In this document: positions 8,689 through 18,955 of the stretch, piece after piece | Numbering within the stretch: position 1 is the stretch's first letter | Layout of the letters: every line of letters begins with the position of its first letter | Assembly: GCA_047601445.1 (NCBI GenBank) | Contig: JASGJH010000001.1 | Location: 1,408,001 to 1,472,000, forward strand | Direction: 5' to 3' | DNA: 64,000 nucleotides | From: Myxococcales bacterium | GTDB taxonomy: Bacteria; Myxococcota_A; Polyangia; Polyangiales; DASUME01 | The notes under the pieces: generated by a model | Seen by the model: the letters and a program-made list of their open reading frames with translations, nothing else | Told to the model about the DNA's origin: nothing | Databases searched by the model: none | Made by a program: the position numbers and the translations under genes

Positions 8689-11600
8689 CAGTTGGCCTTC
8701 TTACTAAGGTCGCGACCCTGAATGACTTTGTAGAGACGCTCGAGACCGCGGTCCTGGTCGTTGAGGAACGCGCGCACTTGCTCGAACGTTGCCCGGTAGT
8801 CATCGGCAGTCATGGGCTTGTCGCGTGGATCGGTGGGATCCTCGCGATTCACTTCGGCAGAGGAGTCGATGAACTCTTCGAGCGGGGACTGACCCGCATC
8901 GTCGGCGAGTGCACCGTTCTTGAGCAGCCTGGCCAGGGGCGTGGCATCCGGCCCCTGGTAGAGATCGGTGATGCGCTTGGCGAGCTCGAGCGAGGTCATG
9001 GCCGCGCTCTCGTCGACGTTGGGCAAGTCCTTGCCGTTGCCGTTGCCCTTGTCCATCAGCTCGAGAGTGTTGGGCGCGAGGCCCAGTGCTGCGAACTGCA
9101 CGAGCGGCGTGAGATCCGGATCGCGATCCACCAGCATCAAGGTGTCGAGCGCAGCCACGACCAGGCCCTGGAATGCCGTGGGGTTGTTCTCCTCGTCCAT
9201 CAAGTAGGCGTTGAGCTTGGAGAACTCTTCGCCCGCCTTGTCTTCCTTCCAGAGCACGTCGAGCAGATCGAGACCTGCTGCCGTGGCCGGATGGCCGAGC
9301 ACGCCCGCCAGACGCCCCGAGAGTCCAGTTCCCCAGTCTTCGAGATCCCCCGCGTCCCGATGCGCCTTGATGCGCGCGCGGATCCACGGAATGAGCTGGA
9401 GGGTCGTCGCGTAGGCGCGGCGGTTGTGCAGCGCGTACACGGGAGCGGTCGGGTTGGTCTCGTCCTTGTCGACCGTGAGGAACTGGTCCACCAGGGCGCT
9501 GCGGGCGGCGAGCCACTGCTCGTGGCGGTCGACGTTGTCGCCCTCGAAGGCCTTGTCGATGCTCTTGAGCGCGTCGAGCAGCAAGTAGAGCGGCAGTACG
9601 CCCTTGCCCTTGGTACCCGTCACGACACGGCCCAGACCGTCCATGCACTCCACCTGCACGGAGCCGTCCATCCCGGTGGACTCCACGGGCACGCAGGTGT
9701 TGGTCACGGAGTAGGCCCGCCCGTCGCGGTAGGTGAGCGCCTCGTCCACGGTGAGCATGCGCTTGAAGAAGTTGGTGAGCACGGTGATGCCGTCGCGCTG
9801 CTTGCCGTCGACGCCCGTGATCTTGATGGTGCCGAGCGTGGTCTGCGCCTTCTGCAGGATGTCGCCCAGCTTCTCGTCCTCGAGCGCGCGAATCAGGATG
9901 GGTTCGTAGCTCACCAGGTTCGACTGCGGAGAGTAGAACTTGCCCTTGGGGTCACCGTTCTGCGAGCAGCCCTCGTCGCCCTTCTTGACCTTGGCCGGAC
10001 AGCGGAAGTCCGTGGGACGCCGCGAAGGCCAGTGCAAGTGCAGCGTGGAGAGCAGCTCCGCGAACATGTAGCCCTTGCTGGCCACCTTGCCGTCCGGCGA
10101 GTCTGTGAACAACTCGTGGTCGTCGAAGGCGAAGCCGAGCGGGCGGCTCGCCGTGAGAAACGACTGGGAAGCGCCGTTGAACTTCACGTCGCTCTGCTTC
10201 ATCTCGAGGGAGAACAGGATGTCGGGCTCGAACTCCGCCAGCGCCACCCCGTGCTTGGTGGGGAACGGATCGAACAGGTCCGACACGAACTTGTTGCGCG
10301 GTACGTGGATGAAGCGCGCGATGGACGTGGGCGAGGGCTTCAGAGTGAAGCCCGTGAACTGCGCAGACTTCTCCTGCGTTTGACCGAGGTCGTTGGCCAA
10401 GCCAGCTTTCTCGAGGCAAAGCAGCTGCGTGTCCTTGATGACCACCTCACTGCGTAGGTCCAGGATCGAGCGCATGTGGGCTTCAGCGCCGTTGGGCTGC
10501 TTGACGAACTCGCACTGGTCGTAGGAGCCGGTCATGCCCGGTGTCGCTGCGCACGCGGCCGTCGCGATGCCAGCGATGAGGGCGTTGGCGCCGGGCTGAT
10601 TGACGGGATCCGGGAACACCAGCGGCGTTCCCGTAAGCGGGTCGTTGGCCGACAACAAGGCCTTGTCCTTGTTGCAGTTGGGCACCAGGTTGGTCGCGTG
10701 GATGGTGGAGATGAGCCGCTGGAACAGGCTGCGGTTCATGCCTACGTCGGTGTTCATACCCAGATCGCCGCCCATGGAGCCGCGCGCGACCTCGGTCTTG
10801 AAGTCGTGGACGATCTCCGAGTTCATCTTGGTCGCGTCGGCGTCGCTGTAGCGACCGTCGGTGATGGTGATCGGGGCGCCGTTGTAGCTGACCTGATCCT
10901 TGTACTTCATGAACTTGGCGATCAGGTGCGTGCTCGCCACCGACTGCGGATCGGCGAAAGACTTGATCACCGCGTCGAGCTGACCGGTGCGCTCCATCAT
11001 GCGTAGGCCGACCTGGATCAGGTCGTCCCAGAACTCGTGGGGCATGCCCTCCCCCATCAAGCCGATGAGCTTGGCCTCGGGATAGTCGTCCGAGAGCTTG
11101 TCGATGGCCAGGCCGGCGAACACCGGCGCGGCGCCGTCGCTCTCGTGGTTGCGCATCAGCTCGTCGAGTACCGCGAGGAGCTCGTCGGTCTCCGGGTAGC
11201 GAGCCATGGCGCCCAGCGCGTGGACCAGATCGAACATGGGGCCGTTGTCGACGTCGGCGCCCTTGAACTTGAGGGCGGTGCCCTTCTCGCCGAAGGTCTC
11301 GGTGCGGTCGGCGCTGGCGCCGAGCATGGGCCGAATGCCGTAGGCCAGCTTCTCCACCACGCTCTTGTCGCCGTCGCGGGTGAGCAGCGGGTACTGCTCG
11401 CGCAGGAGCCCCGCCAGCAGCGTGCGGTTGGCGTCCACGTACTGATAGACCAGGGCGTCGTCCTGGAGCGCGCGGCCGTCGTCGTCGCGGTTCTTCTTGT
11501 CCGAGCTGACGCGGGCGAAGGGACTCGGCGACTTCTTGTCCAGACTCACCCCGTCGGCAGCCAGGGCGAAGCCGGTGTCGTCGCGCTTCACCACCCAGAG

Positions 11601-12377
11601 GGAGGGGTCGTCCTCGGGCGCGAAGGCCGGGTCGCTGGTCAGCAGCAGGTCCATGGCGGCGCGCAGCGTGCTGTCGGCGGGGGCCGGCGCATCGGCGGCC
11701 TTGGGCTCGGCGAGCTCGAGGGCCCCGGCCTTCATCAGATCGGTAAACGCTGGATAGGCGCTGCCGTCCTTGGTGACGAGCTTGAGGAATTGTCGCGTGA
11801 GCTCATCGAGGCGCGGGTACGTGAGCGAGGGGCGCACCACGCCGAGCACTTGCTTGAGGGGGCGATAGCCGACGCGCGGGGCCACACGGGCCAAGGTGGC
11901 GATGACCTTCTTGGAGGCCGGCTTGTCCGCCAGCAGCTCGCCCATGATCTTTTCGAGCGCCCGGGTGGAATCGGGGATCCACTCGTCGGGGAGATCGTAG
12001 AAAGGGATCAGGTTCTGCAAAAAGGTGTCGAGTTCGCCACTCTGGAACATGGCGGAGCCCATGGCGTCCTTGTCCCCGAAGACCTGATCGAGGGCGGCGA
12101 CCAACTCCTCCCGATGTTCGACCATCGCCTTGAAACGCGGATCCGCGTCCGCCGGCGCATCGCCACCGCCATCGCAGGGCGCGTTGAAGCGTAGGCCCGT
12201 GAGTTCCGACGGATAAGCCGCAGCGGCCACGCGCTTGCAGAGGATGTGAAAGACCTCGCCGCCCGTGGAGAGTTCTTCGCGCTCGAACGAGGGTTGTGTC
12301 CCCTCGGCGCAGCCCGAAGCAATAAGCAAACCGGCAGCCAAAACGGCCGCCGAAGACGCCCTAACCTTGCCAACCAT
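8688..12377 (-). CDS. Very large (~1230 aa) hypothetical lipoprotein, mostly helical with Cys-rich inserts
   Basis: Long ORF with GC3-biased codons; MVGKVRASSAAVLAAGLLIASGC lipobox; its stop overlaps the FadL start by 1 nt (TGATG). Confidence 0.8.
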   Translation of the reverse strand: MVGKVRASSAAVLAAGLLIASGCAEGTQPSFEREELSTGGEVFHILCKRVAAAAYPSELTGLRFNAPCDGGGDAPADADPRFKAMVEHREELVAALDQVFGDKDAMGSAMFQSGELDTFLQNLIPFYDLPDEWIPDSTRALEKIMGELLADKPASKKVIATLARVAPRVGYRPLKQVLGVVRPSLTYPRLDELTRQFLKLVTKDGSAYPAFTDLMKAGALELAEPKAADAPAPADSTLRAAMDLLLTSDPAFAPEDDPSLWVVKRDDTGFALAADGVSLDKKSPSPFARVSSDKKNRDDDGRALQDDALVYQYVDANRTLLAGLLREQYPLLTRDGDKSVVEKLAYGIRPMLGASADRTETFGEKGTALKFKGADVDNGPMFDLVHALGAMARYPETDELLAVLDELMRNHESDGAAPVFAGLAIDKLSDDYPEAKLIGLMGEGMPHEFWDDLIQVGLRMMERTGQLDAVIKSFADPQSVASTHLIAKFMKYKDQVSYNGAPITITDGRYSDADATKMNSEIVHDFKTEVARGSMGGDLGMNTDVGMNRSLFQRLISTIHATNLVPNCNKDKALLSANDPLTGTPLVFPDPVNQPGANALIAGIATAACAATPGMTGSYDQCEFVKQPNGAEAHMRSILDLRSEVVIKDTQLLCLEKAGLANDLGQTQEKSAQFTGFTLKPSPTSIARFIHVPRNKFVSDLFDPFPTKHGVALAEFEPDILFSLEMKQSDVKFNGASQSFLTASRPLGFAFDDHELFTDSPDGKVASKGYMFAELLSTLHLHWPSRRPTDFRCPAKVKKGDEGCSQNGDPKGKFYSPQSNLVSYEPILIRALEDEKLGDILQKAQTTLGTIKITGVDGKQRDGITVLTNFFKRMLTVDEALTYRDGRAYSVTNTCVPVESTGMDGSVQVECMDGLGRVVTGTKGKGVLPLYLLLDALKSIDKAFEGDNVDRHEQWLAARSALVDQFLTVDKDETNPTAPVYALHNRRAYATTLQLIPWIRARIKAHRDAGDLEDWGTGLSGRLAGVLGHPATAAGLDLLDVLWKEDKAGEEFSKLNAYLMDEENNPTAFQGLVVAALDTLMLVDRDPDLTPLVQFAALGLAPNTLELMDKGNGNGKDLPNVDESAAMTSLELAKRITDLYQGPDATPLARLLKNGALADDAGQSPLEEFIDSSAEVNREDPTDPRDKPMTADDYRATFEQVRAFLNDQDRGLERLYKVIQGRDLSKKAN

Positions 12378-12417
12378 GGGCGCGAACTTAGCCGTATGGC
12401 GGTGTAGGCCGTATGAC

Positions 12418-12497
12418 TGTCCGACCGAGACTTTGTGACCGAAGCGACCTTGAAATTGTCCGAACGGAACATACCGGACGGAATAAAGTCTTGACCG
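12418..12497. promoter_or_regulatory. Repeated TG(T/A)CCG motifs in divergent intergenic region, candidate AraC operator
   Basis: TGTCCG at 12418, TGACCG at 12436, TGTCCG at 12457, TGACCG at 12492, each followed within a few nt by GAC/AAC. Confidence 0.35.
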
Positions 12498-12544
12498 GAA
12501 ACGACAGCGCGTGTCCCCTAGCCCTACTTGGCTTGAGGTGTCGC

Positions 12545-13561
12545 ATGCACGTCGCAATCAGCATTCTACGTGGAATATCCGCTGTTTTGAGAGATCGCGG
12601 AATCTCGACCGAGACTTTCCTCCGTGACGCAGGCATCGACCGAGACGTCTTCGAGGGTCCCGCGAACGTGGACATGGCGGTCACTGCCCAGGCGGTCCGC
12701 TCGGCCTATCGGTTGACCGAGGACCCTGCCATCGCCCTGCGCATCGGCATGTCGGCTCCGTTCCAGTCCTTGGGTGTCGCCGGACAAGTTTTCCTACATT
12801 GTCCGACGATTCGCGCGGTGATCGGCGAGGTGGACCGCTACCTGCCCCTGCTTCAGCCCATGAGCCGCCTGCGCATGCTCGAAGAAGGCGATCGGGCTCA
12901 CTTGATCTACGAGCCTCCCTTCGCGGATGCCCGTGCCTACCGCTTCGGGACCGAGCTCGCGCTGGCCTTCGTGGTCCGCATCGGTCGCCACTTCACCACG
13001 CAGCGCGCGACGCCGATCGAGGTGCGTGTGTGCCATCAGGCGCCGAGCTACGCCGGCGTGTACGGCGAGCTGTTCGGCTGTCCGGTGCGCTTCGGCGCAG
13101 CACGCAACGAGATCGTCTTCAATCGAGCCCTGCTTGATGTGCCGCAGCCCTTCAGCGACGAGCCGCTCTGGCGCGTGCTCAAGCACCGCGCCGAGGAGAT
13201 GCTGGTGCAGGAGCAGGCCCGTGAGCACCTGCACGAACGTGTGAAGCAGGTCCTTCACCACGAGGTGGACTTGAGCAGCGTTCACCCGGTGGGCATCGCG
13301 CGTCGCCTCGGCATGAGCCCGCGCAGCTTGCGCCGGCGGCTCAGCGACGAAGGTCACTCGTTGTCGGCTCTGGTCGACGAGGTGCGCCGTGAGGTCGCGC
13401 TCACCGAGCTCGGCAACCCCGAGATGCCCATCAAGCGCATCGCGGACCGCGTGGGCTTCTCGGAGGTCAGCGCCTTCCACCGCGCCTTCAAGCGCTGGAC
13501 CGGTCTCACGCCGGCCCGCTACCGCGCCCAGGGCGTGAGCGGCCTGGCCCGCGCCAGCTGA
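12545..13561 (+). CDS. AraC family transcriptional regulator (N-terminal Arabinose_bd_2-type ligand domain)
   Basis: ARRLGMSPRSLRRRL and IADRVGFSEVSAFHRAFKRWTGLTPARYR; FGCPVRFG linker motif. Confidence 0.9.
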   Translation: MHVAISILRGISAVLRDRGISTETFLRDAGIDRDVFEGPANVDMAVTAQAVRSAYRLTEDPAIALRIGMSAPFQSLGVAGQVFLHCPTIRAVIGEVDRYLPLLQPMSRLRMLEEGDRAHLIYEPPFADARAYRFGTELALAFVVRIGRHFTTQRATPIEVRVCHQAPSYAGVYGELFGCPVRFGAARNEIVFNRALLDVPQPFSDEPLWRVLKHRAEEMLVQEQAREHLHERVKQVLHHEVDLSSVHPVGIARRLGMSPRSLRRRLSDEGHSLSALVDEVRREVALTELGNPEMPIKRIADRVGFSEVSAFHRAFKRWTGLTPARYRAQGVSGLARAS

Positions 13562-13578
13562 GCGTTCTCGCGGCGTCC

Positions 13579-14232
13579 CTAGAGCGAGATGACCATCACC
13601 TGGCCGAGCTGGCGGCCGCCCTGCGGGGTGCGTACGCCCGGCACGAGATAGGGCTCTCCGAGCTTCTCGTATCCGAGCTTGGCCAACAGGCCGTGCACCG
13701 CGAGGTTCGACGCGTACGCCTCCCCAAAGGCGCCCGCGACGCGCTGGGCACGCAGGTAGCCGTGGAACTCCCGAAAGAGCTCGCCCGCGACCCCACGGCC
13801 GTGCGCCTCGGGCAGGAGATTGCAATGCATGTGGGCGGGATAGCGGTCGGGATCCACCCGTGGGCGGTGGGGCCCCGACACATTGCTCACGACGTCCCAG
13901 CCGGCGCGCCACCAGAAGCCGGCCGTTCCTGGGCGAGCCCACAAAAACCGCACGAGATTGTGGCGTAGACCGACCGAGAACTCGCTGCGAGCAGCGCGCG
14001 TGTCCACGCAACCGAGCAAGTATCCGAGCACACGATCCGAGTCCGAGACGGCCACGAAGCAGCTCTGCGGTTCCTCGTCCGTGTAGTAGCTCGTGTACAT
14101 GTCGACCCAGCTCTCGCGATCCGGGTACTCGCGTTCGACCTGCTCGCCGCTCTGCGCGGTCTGCCAGCAGATGTCGCGCACGACCTCGCGATCTCGAGAC
14201 TCGTACGGGCGTACGCGGATGACAGAGCTCAT
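13579..14232 (-). CDS. GNAT family N-acetyltransferase
   Basis: YPAHMHCNLLPEAHGRGVA acetyl-CoA motif; VLGYLLG. Confidence 0.8.
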   Translation of the reverse strand: MSSVIRVRPYESRDREVVRDICWQTAQSGEQVEREYPDRESWVDMYTSYYTDEEPQSCFVAVSDSDRVLGYLLGCVDTRAARSEFSVGLRHNLVRFLWARPGTAGFWWRAGWDVVSNVSGPHRPRVDPDRYPAHMHCNLLPEAHGRGVAGELFREFHGYLRAQRVAGAFGEAYASNLAVHGLLAKLGYEKLGEPYLVPGVRTPQGGRQLGQVMVISL

Positions 14233-14336
14233 GGTCCCCGCGGACTGTGGCCCGACGTGCCGCGAAAGACCACTGCGCGAGGTCTTGATGGCGGCACGCG
14301 CTCTACCTCGAGCTCGCTAGCGCTGAACGCGGCGAC

Positions 14337-16292
14337 TCACCAGCTGACCTGCACGTAGCCGCCGTAGCTCCAGTTCTCGCTGAGCGTGACATTGGTGGCC
14401 GTGCTGGTGGCCCAGCTGCTGCCGCCCGCGCCGGCTTCCCACATGCCCGCGCCGCCGCCGTAGTAGCCGCCGCCGCCGCCGCCGCTCGCGCTATCCCCGT
14501 TGAGCGCGGGGCCGGCGTTTCCGCCCTTGCCGAGCGAGCCGCTGGCAGCCGTACCGTAGTTGGGCAGCCACGTGCCTCCCGCGCCGCCCGCTGCCGACGT
14601 GCCTCCCTGGGGCACGACCGAACCGTAGGTGGCGTAGCAAGAGCTCGGCGGAGCGCCGCCGCCGTTGGCTCCGCCGCCGTAGCCACCGTTGACGCCGCCC
14701 GCGACCTGATTGCAGGGCGAGCCGCCGCCGCCACCGCCGCCGACCACGATGCGCGTGGCGAGCTGTTCTTCTTCGGTCATGTCCGCGTTCCAGTTGACGC
14801 GCACGTCGGACGCGCCGCCACCGCCACCCGCATAGCGATCGCCATAGGCGGTGCTGCCAGCGCCGCCACCGTTGTAACCGCCCGCGCCAGCCGTCAGCGT
14901 GGTTTCGTTGCCGTCGCCGCCGCGGCTGCCGACGAACACGGTCAGCGTATCCCCAGCGTTCAGGGTCACGGTCGCCAGGGCGCGACCGCCGTAGCCGTAG
15001 TAGCCCGCCGTCACCCAGGCGTTGCTCTCTTTCTCTCGGCCGTAACCGCCCGCAGCGCCCTGCGCTTCGATGGTGACCGTGCGCACACAGGGCGGCTTCA
15101 TGTTCACCGCCTGAGGCCCACCCGGATCGCTGAAGTAGAAGGTCTGGGACCCCGTTCCAGCCGTGCAGGCGAAGTTCGCGAGCACGTTGACGGGACCGTT
15201 CACGGTCACCTTGCAGACCGTGAGACCTTCGCAGCCGCCGCCGCTCCAGCCCAGGAAGGTAGTTCCGGTGGTGGCCGAAGGCGTGAGTTCCACGACGGAC
15301 CCGCGCATGAACAGGGCCTCGCACTCGGTGCCGCAGGAGATCTCGGCGTCGCTGGAGGCCACCACGCCGACGCCCGTACCGCCCATGTTCACGTGGAGCA
15401 GATAGTGCGTCTTCGCGAAGCTCGCGGTGACCGTGGTCGCCGACGCCACCGTGAGCGTGCAGGGATCCGTCCCCGTGCAACCGCCGCCGCTCCAGCCCAT
15501 GAAGGCAGAGTCCTCAGCGGCCGTGGCCGTGAGCGTGACCATGCTGCCCTGGTCCACCGAGCCGGTGCAGGTGCTGCCGCAGTCGATGCCGCCGGCGCTC
15601 GAGGTCACCGTGCCCGTACCGTCGCCCGCGAGCATGACCGACAGTGCGGCCTGCGGGACGACCGGGATGGATCCCCCATCGTTCTTCTGCCCGGAGTCAG
15701 TGGTGCCGCCGTCGTCGTTGGGCAGCACGATGCCGTCGAACTCGTCGCCCGGCTTCACGTCTTCGAGCTGGCCTTCCGTGAGGTCGGTGCACACGCCGAT
15801 GGCCCCGAGGCCGGTCGAGTAGCAGCTTTGTTCAGTGTTCGTACACAACACCTGGTAGCAAGTGCCGCCGAGGAATACCGTGAGTCGCTGCGAGGCCTTG
15901 TTCTCGAAGGCCACCAGCGACTTCTGCTCCACCACCAGCGCCTCCACGCCACCGAGGCTCGGGCCGAAGCCGCGCACGATGACGCGGATGTTGTTGGAGC
16001 CACCGGAGCCGCGCACGACGCCGAACGAGAGCGGCAAGCGGTAGTGTCCGTCTTCCATCGCCTGCGAGAGCTCGAAGCGGCGCGTGTCTGGCTTCTCGGC
16101 CGCTCCGTCTGCACTCTGAATCTCGACCTCGACGGCCGTCAGCTGACTACCGACGGCAAGGTCGCTGTTGACCACCACGAGGAGTTGGGTGGCCGGTACG
16201 TTCTCCGTGGTGCAGCCGGACAGGAGTCCGCAGACCAGGAAGAGAAAGCTCAGGACCGTCTGGACGTTTCGAATCGACATCGACCTATCCAT
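14337..16292 (-). CDS. Lipoprotein with two InlB-B/Flg_new-like repeats and a C-terminal glycine-rich (ALK/LTK-like, Gly_rich) domain
   Basis: Lipobox LLSGC; two repeats G.GTV.S....I.CG..C......V.LT......F.GWSGGGC; C-terminus TIEAQGAAGG..GGGGGASDVR..RIVVGGGGGG..GGGGGGYYGGG..GAGGSS. Start may be GTG 16298, overlapping the upstream stop. Confidence 0.75.
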   Translation of the reverse strand: MDRSMSIRNVQTVLSFLFLVCGLLSGCTTENVPATQLLVVVNSDLAVGSQLTAVEVEIQSADGAAEKPDTRRFELSQAMEDGHYRLPLSFGVVRGSGGSNNIRVIVRGFGPSLGGVEALVVEQKSLVAFENKASQRLTVFLGGTCYQVLCTNTEQSCYSTGLGAIGVCTDLTEGQLEDVKPGDEFDGIVLPNDDGGTTDSGQKNDGGSIPVVPQAALSVMLAGDGTGTVTSSAGGIDCGSTCTGSVDQGSMVTLTATAAEDSAFMGWSGGGCTGTDPCTLTVASATTVTASFAKTHYLLHVNMGGTGVGVVASSDAEISCGTECEALFMRGSVVELTPSATTGTTFLGWSGGGCEGLTVCKVTVNGPVNVLANFACTAGTGSQTFYFSDPGGPQAVNMKPPCVRTVTIEAQGAAGGYGREKESNAWVTAGYYGYGGRALATVTLNAGDTLTVFVGSRGGDGNETTLTAGAGGYNGGGAGSTAYGDRYAGGGGGASDVRVNWNADMTEEEQLATRIVVGGGGGGGSPCNQVAGGVNGGYGGGANGGGAPPSSCYATYGSVVPQGGTSAAGGAGGTWLPNYGTAASGSLGKGGNAGPALNGDSASGGGGGGYYGGGAGMWEAGAGGSSWATSTATNVTLSENWSYGGYVQVSW

Positions 16293-16294
16293 GT

Positions 16295-17137
16295 TCACTT
16301 CCCCGGACTCGTGAGGATGGCGCCCGTGCTGCCGCCATAGGGCGAGTCGGTGCTCGAACCGCCGCCGGCCACGCCCACTGCGGTGCCCACGGCTGCACCG
16401 ACGACCACCACGCCTACAGCCGTCCACAGCCACGGGTTCTTGTAGAGCGGCTTCTTCTCCTGCTGCTTGGCGACCGGAATCTCCGGCAGCACCACCACCA
16501 GCGTGACTTCCTCGCCGCCCGAGGCTTTGACGCGGCGTTTTTCGCTCTGGCGTCCATTGGCCTTGAACTCGAGCACATGGTCGCCGACCTCGAGGACGAG
16601 GTTGGAGAAGTCGCCCTGGAAAGACTCGCCGTCCACCACCAGCGTGGCTTCCCGAGGTGTGACGTCCACCTTCACGCGCGCCACGTAGCCCTTGGCGCGC
16701 GCGAGCAACGCTTCGGTGTCGCTGCGCATGGCGCCCTCGAGGGAACGCACCGGCGATGCCAGGGCCTGCTCGAGATGCTGAATGGTGTCCGCATAGTGGC
16801 GCATCTCGAACTCGACCATGCCGAGACCGCGCAATGTGCGTGCGTTGGAGTAGAGGTCGTTGGCCCGACTGAACTCGGCGCGGGCTTCGGCGTAGTTCTT
16901 CGCCATATACTCGGCGACCGCACGATCGACGGCTTCGTCGTACCCGGGAGGCGGTGCACTCGCAGGCGCGGCAGGCTGCACTGCGGCAGGCGCAGGAGCA
17001 GGCGTCGTGGCCTGGGGCGCCGCAGCTGCCGGGGCTGGCTTGGGAGCCGCCTTCTTTGGAGCCGCTTGCGCTTGGACCGAGTTGAGGCTGAAAAACAGGA
17101 AGAAAACGGCGATAACGCCAGCACGAATCTTCATCAC
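16295..17137 (-). CDS. Secreted TPR + PEGA domain protein with C-terminal membrane anchor
   Basis: Signal peptide, Pro/Ala linker, TPR-like helices (YAEARAEFSRA..TLRGLG), PEGA-like VTPREATLVVDG..VGDHVLEFKANG, KPLYKNPWLWT + TM. Confidence 0.8.
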   Translation of the reverse strand: MMKIRAGVIAVFFLFFSLNSVQAQAAPKKAAPKPAPAAAAPQATTPAPAPAAVQPAAPASAPPPGYDEAVDRAVAEYMAKNYAEARAEFSRANDLYSNARTLRGLGMVEFEMRHYADTIQHLEQALASPVRSLEGAMRSDTEALLARAKGYVARVKVDVTPREATLVVDGESFQGDFSNLVLEVGDHVLEFKANGRQSEKRRVKASGGEEVTLVVVLPEIPVAKQQEKKPLYKNPWLWTAVGVVVVGAAVGTAVGVAGGGSSTDSPYGGSTGAILTSPGK

Positions 17138-17415
17138 TAGCCCTTGTCAGGCGGACCGGTTCCCCCCCGTCCGCAGTACGATCCTGTACTAAAACGCCTG
17201 AGCGCCGCTAGAACGTTTTCAAAGCTCGTGCGTCCTACGCGCCATGCAAGGTGCTTGAGGTGCGACGCGCAGTACGGTTTAATTCTGATGATTGGATGGG
17301 TGTAACCGTCCTCTCATATGGGGATCCAGATCGTACGCGCGGCGCGCGTATACCATCCTGACTGTTCGCGCGCGTCGTTCGCGCGCTCCGACGAACCTGC
17401 TGCTAGGGGCAAACC

Positions 17416-18930
17416 ATGTCTTCGAAGATTCCGTCGCCAGGGACCGTTCTAGGCGGCAAATACCGTGTCGTTCGTCTGCTCGGCGAAGGTGGCATGGGTG
17501 TGGTGCTCGAAGCGGAGAACGAGATCACCGGCAAGCGAGTCGCCGTCAAATGGTTGCATCCTGAGCTGGGCGAACACCCCGAGGGCGGACAGCGCCTGAT
17601 TCGTGAAGCTCAGGCGTCCTCCAAGGTTCGCCATCCGAACGTGGTCGACGTGTACGACATCGCCAAGGACGGCGATTCCATGTTCATCGTCATGGAGTTC
17701 CTCGAGGGCGAGACCCTGGAAGCGCTCTTGCAGCGCGGCAACGTGCCCATGTACGAGCTGATCGCCATGATCATCCCGGCCATGCGCGGTGTGCACGCGG
17801 CGCACAAGGTGGGCATCATCCACCGCGACATCAAGCCGGCCAACATCTTCCTCACGAACGAGGACGACATGCCCCGGCCGGTCCCGAAGGTGCTCGACTT
17901 CGGCATCTCCAAGATCAGCGATCCCAAGAGCCTGAGCCTGACCAAGACCGGCGCGGCCATGGGTACGCCCATGTACATGTCCTACGAGCAGCTCACGGGC
18001 GTGAAGGACCTCGACCATCGCACCGACGTGTATGCGTTCGGCGTCATCCTCTATGAGGCCATCACGGGTCAGGCGCCCTTCCAGGCCGAGACCTTCCCTC
18101 AGCTGGCCATCCAGATCGCGACCCAGGAGCCCACGCCGCCGCGGCAGGTGCGTGACGGCATCCCGCCGTCGCTCGAGAAGCTCGTGCAGAAGGCCATGGC
18201 CAAGCAGCGTGACGCGCGCATCCCGAACCTGCAGGCCTTCATCGACGAGCTCGAACCCTTCTCCACCGAGCGCGGCTTCCGCGAGCGCATGACGGACGGC
18301 GCGGCGCCCGTGCCGCTGGTTCCGGTGGCGACGAACCCCGAGGCCGAGACGCCCATCGCCAATGCGCCGAGCCGTCAGACCGAGCGCAACAAGCTCGAGC
18401 GCGACAGCATGGGGCGCGTGAGCATGCAGGTGGCTCCGACCATGCCGGGCTCCAGCTCGGACCAGGGTGGACAGCGCACCAAGCTGCTCATCGCCGCGGC
18501 GGCTGCCGTGGTGATCGGACTCGGAGCCTGGATCGCGCTGTCGGGGCCCAGTGACCCGCCCCCCGTGGCCGCGGCGCCGCCTAGCCTGCCCAGCACGCCC
18601 AACCCGACTGCCAATCAGCAGCCGCTGTCGGCCCAGCCCAAGGCCCAGGTCGCGGCGCCCGAACCGAAGCTCGACACCACCGCGCTGGCCCCCGAGCCCA
18701 CGCCGGCTCCGGTGACCGCTGCGGACGTTCAGACGGCTCAGCTCGGCAAGACTGGGGCCGCCGCGCCCCACGCGGTCGACGCCGCTTCGGAGAAGCGCCG
18801 CGAGCGCAAGGCCCGCAAGGACGCCGAGGCTGCCGCCGCCCCCGCCGTGGCCGCACCTGCAGCCGCTCCGGCAGCTTCGCCCTGCGGCAGCGGTCGCGCG
18901 GGCGTCGTGTGCAGCAGCGACTTCAAGTGA
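17416..18930 (+). CDS. Membrane-anchored Ser/Thr protein kinase
   Basis: LGEGGMGVV, VAVK, HRDIKPAN, KVLDFGISK, GTPMYMS; TM segment then Pro/Ala-rich tail. Confidence 0.95.
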   Translation: MSSKIPSPGTVLGGKYRVVRLLGEGGMGVVLEAENEITGKRVAVKWLHPELGEHPEGGQRLIREAQASSKVRHPNVVDVYDIAKDGDSMFIVMEFLEGETLEALLQRGNVPMYELIAMIIPAMRGVHAAHKVGIIHRDIKPANIFLTNEDDMPRPVPKVLDFGISKISDPKSLSLTKTGAAMGTPMYMSYEQLTGVKDLDHRTDVYAFGVILYEAITGQAPFQAETFPQLAIQIATQEPTPPRQVRDGIPPSLEKLVQKAMAKQRDARIPNLQAFIDELEPFSTERGFRERMTDGAAPVPLVPVATNPEAETPIANAPSRQTERNKLERDSMGRVSMQVAPTMPGSSSDQGGQRTKLLIAAAAAVVIGLGAWIALSGPSDPPPVAAAPPSLPSTPNPTANQQPLSAQPKAQVAAPEPKLDTTALAPEPTPAPVTAADVQTAQLGKTGAAAPHAVDAASEKRRERKARKDAEAAAAPAVAAPAAAPAASPCGSGRAGVVCSSDFK

Positions 18931-18955
18931 GCCCGCGGCGCCCCGTTCGCCGCGC

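Noticed and set aside
14400..15060. GCC/CCG-rich repeats as a DNA repeat array or CRISPR
   Set aside because: They encode polyglycine within a CDS; no constant repeat-spacer structure was seen anywhere in the window
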